A model generated the notes under the pieces. That model saw only the letters and a list, made by a program, of their open reading frames with translations. It ran no database searches and was not told where the DNA came from. A stretch of DNA of 32,000 nucleotides, from NCBI RefSeq assembly GCF_000341395.1, contig NC_020304.1, positions 1,770,001 to 1,802,000 of the forward strand, given 5' to 3'. This document shows positions 9,109-17,610 of the stretch, piece after piece. A program made the translations under genes and the position numbers. Within the stretch, counting starts at the first letter, position 1. Every line of letters begins with the position of its first letter. Origin of the DNA: Desulfocapsa sulfexigens DSM 10523. GTDB taxonomy: Bacteria; Desulfobacterota; Desulfobulbia; Desulfobulbales; Desulfocapsaceae.

Positions 9109-10641
9109 ATGATTGATGTGGATCCCAGTTTGGTGAACTGGTCAAGGGCGCAATTTGCGTTCACGGCCATGTATCATTGGATTTTTGTACCATTGACACT
9201 TGGATTGTCATTTCTCTGCGCCTTTTATGAGACTATCTATCTCAAAACAGGAAATGAAGAGTGGAAAAAAATTACCCGTTTCTGGATGACGCTTTTTGGT
9301 ATAAACTTCGCCATCGGCGTTGCGACTGGTATCATTCTTGAATTTGAGTTTGGGACTAACTGGTCCAATTATTCCTGGATGGTCGGTGATATCTTTGGTG
9401 CACCACTGGCCGTTGAAGGTATTTTTGCCTTTTTTATGGAAGCAAGTTTTTTTGCCGTTATGTTTTTTGGCTGGAACAGAGTCTCTAAAGGTTTTCACTG
9501 TTTTTCCACCTGGATGGTAGCCATTGGTTCTAACCTGTCTGCAGTTTGGATTCTTGTTGCAAATGGCTGGATGCAGAATCCAGTAGGTATGGCCTTCAAT
9601 GCTGATACTGCACGTTTTGAAATGCAGAGTTTTGCCGATGTAGTCTTTAATCCCGTGGCGGTTTCCAAGTTCACCCATACCTCTTCGTCAGGATTTGTTA
9701 TGGCTTCAGCCTTTGTACTGACAATTTCCTGTTGGTATCTGATCAAAGGCAGACACGTTGAGATGGCGAAAAAATCCATCGTGGTTGCTTCAGTCTTTGG
9801 TCTGGTTGCTTCTGTTTTTGTAGCCTTTACCGGTGATGAGGCGGCGTATGAAGTTGCTCAGAAACAGCCAATGAAGCTTGCTGCCATGGAGGGACTGTAC
9901 AAGGGTGAAAGGGGTGCCGGACTCGTGGCCATGGGTATTGTCAACTCGGCAAAAGATCCAGGCGATGTCCAGGATCCATTTCTCTTCGAGGTCAAGATTC
10001 CGCAGCTTCTATCGCTCCTTGCCAACCGTGAAGCAGGATCTTTTGTCCCCGGTATCGATGATCTGGTCTTTGGGAATACGGAAGAAAACATTATGGGAGT
10101 GAACACCATGATGGAAAAAGGAAAGGTTGCCCTTGCCGATCTTGCCGAATTCAAAGAGGCCAGGAAAAACAAATCAGAGGATGTTGCAGCAGCAGCCCTT
10201 GAGCGGTTTAAAGTTAATGAGGAGTTTATGGGCTACGGGTATCTGAGCACCCCGGAGGAGGCTGTTCCTCCAGTATCCACAGTGTTTTATAACTTTCACA
10301 TTATGGCTATTTTAGGTTCCATGTTTCCTGTGATCTTCGGGGCCTTTCTTTTCTTCTCTCTAAAGGGAACTGTAACAGAGAAACGATGGCTGCTTCCTGT
10401 TGGCCTGTTTACAGGACTCCTTGCTTTCCTGGCAGGACAGGCTGGCTGGGTTACAGCTGAAGTCGGTCGGCAGCCCTGGGCTATTCAGGGACTTATGCCG
10501 GTGAAGGTTGCGACAACGAATCTGTCTGTTACTTCAGTTCAGATTACGTTTGCAATGTTTGCAGTGGTTTTTACCCTGCTGCTGATTGCTGAAATATCGA
10601 TCATGCTGAAACAGATCGCCATTGGACCGGAGGTACACTGA
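9109..10641 (+). CDS. cydA: Cytochrome bd ubiquinol oxidase subunit I
   Basis: 510 aa; SRAQFAFTAMYHWIFVPLTLGLSFL, GRQPWAIQGLMPV, strong RBS gagggaggaaaaa. Confidence 0.97.
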   Translation: MIDVDPSLVNWSRAQFAFTAMYHWIFVPLTLGLSFLCAFYETIYLKTGNEEWKKITRFWMTLFGINFAIGVATGIILEFEFGTNWSNYSWMVGDIFGAPLAVEGIFAFFMEASFFAVMFFGWNRVSKGFHCFSTWMVAIGSNLSAVWILVANGWMQNPVGMAFNADTARFEMQSFADVVFNPVAVSKFTHTSSSGFVMASAFVLTISCWYLIKGRHVEMAKKSIVVASVFGLVASVFVAFTGDEAAYEVAQKQPMKLAAMEGLYKGERGAGLVAMGIVNSAKDPGDVQDPFLFEVKIPQLLSLLANREAGSFVPGIDDLVFGNTEENIMGVNTMMEKGKVALADLAEFKEARKNKSEDVAAAALERFKVNEEFMGYGYLSTPEEAVPPVSTVFYNFHIMAILGSMFPVIFGAFLFFSLKGTVTEKRWLLPVGLFTGLLAFLAGQAGWVTAEVGRQPWAIQGLMPVKVATTNLSVTSVQITFAMFAVVFTLLLIAEISIMLKQIAIGPEVH

Positions 10642-10643
10642 AA

Positions 10644-11792
10644 ATGATATCTAATTTAGATTATGTGACGCTGCAGCAGCTCTGGTGGATTATCTGCTCA
10701 GTTGTTGGTTCGCTTTTTCTTTTTCTTACTTTTGTTCAGGGAGGCCAGACGCTTCTCTGGCAGGTGGCCAAAACAGATACTGAAAGTGCCTTTGTCATCA
10801 ACTCGCTTGGAAGAAAATGGGAACTTCCATTCACCACTCTGGTGTTATTTGGAGGGGCTCTGTTTGCCTCATTCCCGAAATTTTATTCCACAAGTTTTGG
10901 TGGTGCTTACTGGGTGTGGATACTTATCCTGTTTACTTTTATTATTCAGGCGGTGAGTTATGAGTACAGGACAAAGCCTGGTAACGTATGGGGCTCAAAA
11001 ACCTACGAACTCTTTATGTTTATTAACGGTTCCGTCGGGGTTCTACTTATTGGTGCGGCTGTCGGAACCTTCTACACCGGTTCTGCTTTCTCACTCAACA
11101 GTATGAATCAGGTGACCTGGGAGTATACCTTGGGTGGTGTTAACCTTCGTGGGCTTGAGGCTGCCTTTTCACTTTTCAATCTGTCACTTGGGCTCTTTCT
11201 TGTCTTCAATGCCCGAGTACTTGGAGCATTATATCTTCTCAACAGCCTCGATCTTGTTGCTGTTACCGAAATGGAAAAGAGATTACGCAAGGCTGTCTGG
11301 ATAAATTTTCTCTGTTCCCTTCCCTTTCTTCTCTACGTGGTGGTTTCAATACTCCTCAGGGACGGATTTGGTGTTGATGAGAGTGGTGTGGTTTCCATGG
11401 TTTCTTTTAAATATTTTCTTAACCTGCTTGCCTTGCCTCATCTTCTTGTTCTGCTCCTTGCCGGACTTGGATTGGTTATCTGGGGTGTGATGCTGGGTGC
11501 ATTTAAGGGAAGTGTCAAAGGCATATGGCCTGCCGGTCTTGGGACCGTACTGGTTGGATTGTGTGTCCTCTGTCTGCCCGCCTTCAACTCCACAGCTTTT
11601 TACCCTTCAACCTTTGATTTGCAGTCGAGCTTGACCATCTTTAATGCCTCTTCAAGCAAGTTTACCCTGAGTACCATGACCTATGTGGCACTTGGCGTTC
11701 CTTTTGTACTTGCCTATGTGGCGTATCTTTGGAAGATGATGGATTCCAAAAAACTGTCAACCGAGGATGCCTTGGATCACGAAGCATATTAA
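10644..11792 (+). CDS. cydB: Cytochrome bd ubiquinol oxidase subunit II
   Basis: 382 aa multi-TM; LQQLWWIICSVVGSLFLFLTFVQGGQTLLWQVAKT, immediately downstream of cydA. Confidence 0.96.
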   Translation: MISNLDYVTLQQLWWIICSVVGSLFLFLTFVQGGQTLLWQVAKTDTESAFVINSLGRKWELPFTTLVLFGGALFASFPKFYSTSFGGAYWVWILILFTFIIQAVSYEYRTKPGNVWGSKTYELFMFINGSVGVLLIGAAVGTFYTGSAFSLNSMNQVTWEYTLGGVNLRGLEAAFSLFNLSLGLFLVFNARVLGALYLLNSLDLVAVTEMEKRLRKAVWINFLCSLPFLLYVVVSILLRDGFGVDESGVVSMVSFKYFLNLLALPHLLVLLLAGLGLVIWGVMLGAFKGSVKGIWPAGLGTVLVGLCVLCLPAFNSTAFYPSTFDLQSSLTIFNASSSKFTLSTMTYVALGVPFVLAYVAYLWKMMDSKKLSTEDALDHEAY

Positions 11793-11825
11793 GTGCTTCA
11801 AAAATAAGAGAATGAGGAAAACATT

Positions 11826-11918
11826 ATGACAACGTTGTTATTATTGGGGTATGTGGCTGTTATTGTCATATCCTATAAAGGGGCAGTGATCGCACTTGAT
11901 AAATCAGGTCTCTTGTAA
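11826..11918 (+). CDS. Candidate 30-aa cytochrome bd accessory small subunit (CydX/CydS-like by position and topology)
   Basis: ATG ACA ACG TTG ... = MTTLLLLGYVAVIVISYKGAVIALDKSGLL, preceded by gaggaaaacatt RBS, one predicted TM helix, 33 bp after cydB. Not in the ORF track. Confidence 0.7.
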   Translation: MTTLLLLGYVAVIVISYKGAVIALDKSGLL

Positions 11919-11961
11919 GTTAAAGACGAAGGTAGAATTACCTTTTGTCTGATTATATAGT

Positions 11962-11997
11962 GCACAATGGGAGGCCTGGCCTCCCATTGTGCGTTTT
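11962..11997 (+). terminator. Strong Rho-independent terminator-like hairpin closing the cyd cluster
   Basis: GCACAATGGGAGGCC T GGCCTCCCATTGTGC (15-bp perfect arms; realistic 13-bp stem with CCTGG loop) followed by GTTTT. Confidence 0.85.
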
Positions 11998-12019
11998 AAG
12001 CGATATTTTTTCCGTAGGT

Positions 12020-14290
12020 ATGAAAGTTATGTCTGAATATGACCAGAAAGTCACTCTACTTGGGTCCAATGTCAAAATTCGTAATCTGCCGATCAAACAG
12101 GTCAGTTTGCTGGAAGAGGGGAATCTCCCAGCTTATGGATACAATCCTGGTGATCACATTGAGCTTATGGCTGGAGATGTGTCGGTGGAATACGGACGTC
12201 TGGAACAGCTTCTGACCTGGCTTACAGCCTATGTAGCAGAATCCGATCTGAGTCCTAGAATTCAGTCCGAGACTTATGGAGAGCAGAAGGATGTCTTTCA
12301 GATTTTCAGAAAATATAGGAATGTTGATGTCGAGCGGGCAGATCATGGCTGGTTTATGGTTAATCAGTATTTACCGGCAGGTGGCAGATCGAGCGCTGCA
12401 GAAGACTTTGTGGTGGATGATTCCAACAGAGAACTGTTTACCAATACCGATGGATTGATTGTAATTGATGACTCCGGGCATCCTCCAGAATTTAAGCAGG
12501 AAGACCTGGATCGTAATCCTAATCTCTGGGCTATGGCAATGGGAATCAGTGTGGCCTATTGGGATGACTGGGCCAAAAGGCTTGGTGAGCGGTTTGTTCT
12601 GTTCTGCAGACTTTCAGATCTCGAAACTACCCGTATGGAGATGGATTGTTCCGTTAACTGGGAGACTATAGTGGCCATGTGCTTACGGGCCCTTCGGACG
12701 GATGAGGTTGGCCTCTGGGATCAGAAGCAATTACGCTTTCGATGCCATATCGTGGTGGAAATGTTTCCCCATGGTCTTCTCTATATCGGACCTGATGCTA
12801 TTTTTTTCAGGCATCGTAAGGGGTGTCTGCCGGAAAAGAGTTCCCCGCGGCAGCGTGGTTCAGTACCCTGTTACGACACGCTTCTTCCTGCAATGCTGGC
12901 CATGGATGCTCTACGATTTGGAGAGTTCAATTTCAGTAGGAATTATTTTTTTGATTTCTCGAAACGTGTTCTCAATAATTGGGACCTTCTCTACAGTCAT
13001 GGCTATTATTTTAAGGAAACGCTTGAGTTCCCCAATCTTGATTTTGCTAAAAGTTTTCCAGGCGGTTACGCCTGCTCTTTTGTCGATTCTAGCCCAGATC
13101 CATCCTTCTTTGAACTTCCGCCTCTCTCAGCTGACTTTGAAGTGGTGCTCGATCTTGTTGCTTCCCAGATCTGGTCTGATGAAAAGAAACGAGCCTTGAG
13201 GAGTTTCTTTTATTTTCGAAAGCCCTCTCCATCCATGGATAATATCGCTTTTGGTGCTTCCCATGGATATATGGATGAGATTGTCTCTGTTCTCCATGAT
13301 TTGAAAGAGGAAGTGAACAGGAAAAATGGTTTTGGCAATCTACCAATTTTTCAAGTGGGGCACCTGCGAACGACAGATCCAGCTGAGATTGATCCTGTAA
13401 TCACCCTCCAGAATGTCATGGACTCCTATGTTTCAAAAGACAATGTTCTTCGTCCTTTGTGTCTAGGGGTTTTTGGCCCTCCGGGATCCGGGAAGTCATT
13501 TGCGGTAAAAGAAGTAGCCAGGGTGATTTCGCGAAGGTTTGAAGGGGATCCATTTGATTTCTTTGAATTCAATCTCACCCAGTTTTCTTCTCCCGATGAG
13601 ATAAATTCTGCTATTGAGCCGGTGCGTGCTGCAGTGGCGAGAGGAAAGGTGCCCATCGTCTTCTGGGATGAATTTGATTGCCGCTATGATGGACATGAAT
13701 TTGGCTATCTTCGTTATTTCCTCCCTTCAATGCAGGATGGTGTGACCTATGTGAATGGTATCCCACGTTTTATCGGACGCGCTATTTTTGTTTTTGCAGG
13801 CGGAGTCAAGGCGAGCTGGGGAGGAATGGAGAAGCTTCTTGACCCGACTGACAGGGAGGCCCTGGCCATGATGAAGACCTTGAAAATTCCAGATTTTATG
13901 AGTCGCCTGCGCGTTGTACTGGATATTGACGGTATTGAAATTCCCGATATACTTCTTCGTGATTCTGCCACCAGCACTGATCTTGAAGAATTGCGGAGAA
14001 TTTTGTTGAAACGTGCCTTTATTATCGCCCACCAGATGGATACCCATTGGAAAAAAGCGGCACGAAAAACCTCAGGTCTTTTGCTACGTCTTCTCCTCAG
14101 CCGCTATAAGTTTGGAGCACGCTCCATTGAGGCGGTGATTGAAGCCAGTCGGGCATCTGACAGGTTGGTGTATGGACTTCCAGAACTTATTGCTCCCTCA
14201 GCTGCGAGAATTCATGCTGAATGGCGTATTGACCTTGAGCGAAGGATAGATCTTCTGCGGAAACAGGACGGGATGCGCGCCGTCTGGTAA
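12020..14290 (+). CDS. Large AAA family ATPase with an uncharacterised N-terminal region
   Basis: Open frame from TTG 11945 but start more likely ATG 12020 or 12029. Walker A LGVFGPPGSGKSFAVKEVA, Walker B VPIVFWDEFDC, then GYLRYFLPSMQDGVTYVNGIPRFIGRAIFVFAGG. Confidence 0.85.
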   Translation: MKVMSEYDQKVTLLGSNVKIRNLPIKQVSLLEEGNLPAYGYNPGDHIELMAGDVSVEYGRLEQLLTWLTAYVAESDLSPRIQSETYGEQKDVFQIFRKYRNVDVERADHGWFMVNQYLPAGGRSSAAEDFVVDDSNRELFTNTDGLIVIDDSGHPPEFKQEDLDRNPNLWAMAMGISVAYWDDWAKRLGERFVLFCRLSDLETTRMEMDCSVNWETIVAMCLRALRTDEVGLWDQKQLRFRCHIVVEMFPHGLLYIGPDAIFFRHRKGCLPEKSSPRQRGSVPCYDTLLPAMLAMDALRFGEFNFSRNYFFDFSKRVLNNWDLLYSHGYYFKETLEFPNLDFAKSFPGGYACSFVDSSPDPSFFELPPLSADFEVVLDLVASQIWSDEKKRALRSFFYFRKPSPSMDNIAFGASHGYMDEIVSVLHDLKEEVNRKNGFGNLPIFQVGHLRTTDPAEIDPVITLQNVMDSYVSKDNVLRPLCLGVFGPPGSGKSFAVKEVARVISRRFEGDPFDFFEFNLTQFSSPDEINSAIEPVRAAVARGKVPIVFWDEFDCRYDGHEFGYLRYFLPSMQDGVTYVNGIPRFIGRAIFVFAGGVKASWGGMEKLLDPTDREALAMMKTLKIPDFMSRLRVVLDIDGIEIPDILLRDSATSTDLEELRRILLKRAFIIAHQMDTHWKKAARKTSGLLLRLLLSRYKFGARSIEAVIEASRASDRLVYGLPELIAPSAARIHAEWRIDLERRIDLLRKQDGMRAVW

Positions 14291-14400
14291 GACCGTCTGG
14301 TAAGACGTTGCGGTTGTAGCAGTAATAATATACCCTTTGTTTATTTGCTGTGAAACACCAGGCTCCGTCAAGAAATTTCAATTACTGCAAAGGAAAGCCT

Positions 14401-14781
14401 ATGGACCTGAAAGCCGCAACTGAAAATGAACGGCCGGATGTCATCCTTGATCTGGAGAGACTGAAGAATAATTGTAACGGAAATGTTGATATTGTAAGAG
14501 AGCTGCTTGCTCATCTGTATCAACGGAGCGGGCCGAAGTGGTTTCTCGGTCTGCAGAATGCGGTTGTGGCTGGAAATACTGAGGAGTTTCGGGAAATCTG
14601 CCATGGTATGAAAGGAGCCAGTGCTACTGTATTTGCCTGGAGAATATCAAATCTTGCACTCGAGTTTGAACGGCTCGCCCGCGATGGAGAGATTGAGAAG
14701 TTACGTGACCGTATGCCAGAGTTGCAAGCAGCTTTTGATGAGTTTGCCCTGTGGGTTAAGCAGTGCCCGGAACTCTCTTGA
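14401..14781 (+). CDS. Hpt (histidine phosphotransfer) domain protein
   Basis: ATG 14401 with upstream aaggaaagcct; ELLAHLYQRSGPKWFLGLQNAVVAGNTEEFREICHGMKGASATVFAWRISNLALEFERLAR, the Hpt H-x-x-K-G motif. Confidence 0.82.
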   Translation: MDLKAATENERPDVILDLERLKNNCNGNVDIVRELLAHLYQRSGPKWFLGLQNAVVAGNTEEFREICHGMKGASATVFAWRISNLALEFERLARDGEIEKLRDRMPELQAAFDEFALWVKQCPELS

Positions 14782-14814
14782 TGGGACTATGCAAAGTGTT
14801 ACGTCAAATGAGCC

Positions 14815-15309
14815 CTACTGTTCGCAGCGAAGAAAAACAGCCTGAACCAGTATGGTTTTGTCAAAGCTGATTTCTGGATTTCCCCAGACCTTGGTGCCCA
14901 AGCCAACAAGTTCACCACCATTGTTCCATTCATTGAATCCGAATTTCCAGCCTAACCATGTTTTACTAAAGGTGTAAACATACTCGGGACCAAAGTATTT
15001 GAAGTGGTTCTCATCAAGTTCCTCATCTTCAACTTCTCTGGACATCCCAACAAGGATCAGATTAGCACCCTTTTCTTCAGCCTCTCTCTGCATGGCGGTG
15101 CTGATTTCTTTTCCCGTCGATGGCATTTTTGTATACATCAGAAGATGTGCGAATGCGGTGCAATCGGCAGGGATGGCCTGTTGCTGAAAGGTGACTTTGC
15201 TGGAAGTCATTTTGGGAAAACTGATCCCTTCGTATTGGGCTGTCTCTGAGAAGCAGCCAGATAAAAAAGTGGCAAGGAAAAGAAGTGAAAAAAGTTTTGT
15301 CTTGTGCAT
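14815..15309 (-). CDS. Lipoprotein of unknown function
   Basis: 164 aa; MHKTKLFSLLFLATFLSGCFSETA has a signal peptide with lipobox LSGC. Confidence 0.75.
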   Translation of the reverse strand: MHKTKLFSLLFLATFLSGCFSETAQYEGISFPKMTSSKVTFQQQAIPADCTAFAHLLMYTKMPSTGKEISTAMQREAEEKGANLILVGMSREVEDEELDENHFKYFGPEYVYTFSKTWLGWKFGFNEWNNGGELVGLGTKVWGNPEISFDKTILVQAVFLRCEQ

Positions 15310-15457
15310 GGTCTACCTGTATAAAAAGAAGGTTGGATGCCGAAGGAAAAACAGAGTTGATGTCACGACAGTGTCATTCTGTAATTGTTTACCCCTAACT
15401 CACAAATATTGAGAGAAAAATACGCGATTTTCTCCTTTTTGACCATTATTTTATTCT

Positions 15458-16525
15458 ATGACATCACTTTCTGTTCGAAACAGTCCTCTTGTTAACATGG
15501 CGGCCTTTGTTGTTGTGGTTGCGGGGATGAAAGTTGCTGCACCACTGGTAGTTCCCTTTTTGCTTGCTGTTTTTCTCGCTATAATCTGTGCTCCACCATT
15601 GTTTTGGATGCAGAATAAAGGTGTTCCGCAAGTTGTGGCCATGTTCCTTATGGTTATGGTGATTTTTGGAATATGGGGCTCACTGGTTACCCTCATTGGC
15701 AGCTCAATGACAGATTTTTCAAAAAATGTGCCGTTGTATCAGGAGCGATTGCTTGAACGAACTGCAGGCCTATGGAGATGGCTGACAGCGCAGGGGGTTA
15801 CTCTTGATCGTACCATTCTTACAGATACCTTTAATCCTGGTAAATTGCTCAAAATGGCAGCCAACACCCTGAATGGTCTTGGTGGGATGCTCACCAACAC
15901 CTTCGTCATTTTTCTTACCTTTTTCTTTATCCTCTCAGAGGCTGCAGGTTTCCCCTGTAAGATGCGAGCAATTCAGGGACAGGATTCCAGTGCTCTTGTT
16001 AAATATGGCGAGATTGCGACCGGGGTGAATCGCTATCTGGGGATTAAGACGCTGACCAGCCTGCTAACTGGTGTAATTATAGGATTTGGTCTTTCGATGC
16101 AGGGGCTTGACTACGCCATAATGTGGGGAGTGGTTGCCTTCCTCCTTAATTTTATTCCGAATATCGGTTCTATCATTGCTGCGATTCCTGCACTCCTTCT
16201 GGCGCTCGTACAGCTTGGTGGCGGTGCTGCACTGATCACCGGCGGCCTGTATCTTGTCGTGAATTTAGTGATTGGTTCTATTGTAGAACCACGAGTTATG
16301 GGTAAGGGGGTCGGACTCTCAGTGCTTGTTGTTTTCCTTTCCCTGGCGTTTTGGGGATGGGTGCTTGGACCGGTTGGTATGCTACTGTCAGTGCCGCTCA
16401 CCATGGCTGTTCGTATTGCGCTGGGAGGTTCTGAAAATACACGCTGGCTTGCGATTCTTCTTTCCTCCAACAGGGCTATAGGGCATATACAACCCGATTG
16501 TGAAAAGGAAAAGATTAAAGAATAG
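15458..16525 (+). CDS. AI-2E family transporter (PerM/TqsA-like permease)
   Basis: 355 aa multi-TM; LNFIPNIGSIIAAIPALLLALVQLG and VEPRVMGKGVGLSVLVVFLSLAFWGWVLGPVGMLLSVPLT. Confidence 0.92.
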   Translation: MTSLSVRNSPLVNMAAFVVVVAGMKVAAPLVVPFLLAVFLAIICAPPLFWMQNKGVPQVVAMFLMVMVIFGIWGSLVTLIGSSMTDFSKNVPLYQERLLERTAGLWRWLTAQGVTLDRTILTDTFNPGKLLKMAANTLNGLGGMLTNTFVIFLTFFFILSEAAGFPCKMRAIQGQDSSALVKYGEIATGVNRYLGIKTLTSLLTGVIIGFGLSMQGLDYAIMWGVVAFLLNFIPNIGSIIAAIPALLLALVQLGGGAALITGGLYLVVNLVIGSIVEPRVMGKGVGLSVLVVFLSLAFWGWVLGPVGMLLSVPLTMAVRIALGGSENTRWLAILLSSNRAIGHIQPDCEKEKIKE

Positions 16526-16582
16526 GGCTTCTTAAGCGAAATCGTAAACTTCAAGAACTCTTAATGATTTTGAGCAGTGATG

Positions 16583-17490
16583 TTACACTACAGTGGGCCT
16601 GCGGTTGATAAGGTAGAGGCCTGAAAACACAAGGGCACCACCGATGAGGAGTGATGTGTCGAGGTGCTCCCCAAGCAGCAGTGTGCCAAGAAGGACAGCA
16701 CTCACCGGTACAAGATTGACATACATTACTGCCCTGCTTGCACCTAGTTTTTTCACTCCGTCGTAAAACCAGATAAATCCAAGAGTTGTTCCGAAAAAGG
16801 CGAAGTAAAAAATACAACCAACACCGGTCAGACTCAGTTTGTCGAGTTCGGTTAAATGGCCACTGAGTAGAGCTGTGAGAAGAAGCAAAATGGCCCCAAT
16901 GGTGCAAGAGTATGCAACAGCAATGAGCGGCTTAATATCTTGAAGCAGTCGTTTTCCGATGAGGGTATAAGCGGCCCAGCTGATTACACAACCGACCATG
17001 TAGACTTCCCCCATCCCACCGCCGATATCACCATTGAAAATAGAAAAAGGATGACCTCTTGTAATAACTGTCAGAGCACCGCAGACGGACAGTACCATGC
17101 CAATGGAGCGTACGAAATCACAGCGTTCTCTAAAGAAGAATATAGCTAGCAAGGTGGTAATAACGGGAGTGACTGCAATTATCATGGAGGCTCGTCCCGC
17201 TTCTACAGTCTGCAGGCCGGTAAAAAAGAAAATGTTGTAGGAATACACACCTGTTAATCCCAGCAGAGCCATGGCACCCCACTGCTTCAATGAAAGTAGA
17301 GGAAGGGTTCTGTGCCGTATGAGGATGACGGTTAAAAGCATTGCTGAGGCGGAAATGAAGCGAAGTGAAGATGCTATCAGGGGGTGAAGTTCCTCTGCAA
17401 GCAGACGCCCGCTACAAAGGTTCCTCCCCAGAAGACCGTGGTGAGGATCAGGCGGATATGAACACCTGGAAGGACTGCTGTTTCGGCCAT
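16583..17490 (-). pseudogene. EamA/DMT-family transporter split by a frameshift at the C5/G5 run (17380..17384)
   Basis: Upstream frame MAETAVLPGVHIRLILTTVFWGGTFVAGVCLQRNFTP then TGA; other frame continues IASSLRFISASAMLLTVILI...GLYLINRRPTVV. Restoring one C gives ...NFTPLIASSLRF... and a normal length of about 302 aa. Confidence 0.8.
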
Positions 17491-17610
17491 GGCGATACTC
17501 TGTGAAATAAAAAGTCTACGGAAATGAAGCTGCAGACCATATCCTGAATACCGCAGTTTTGCCAAGGATTATAAAAGGGGTACCGTGTGTTTATTTAGAG
17601 ACCCTGGGTG

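Noticed and set aside
17370-17390. Programmed -1 frameshift in the EamA gene
   Set aside because: ACCCCCT lacks a good slippery heptamer and no downstream structure was evident; a simple one-base deletion or sequencing error is more parsimonious.
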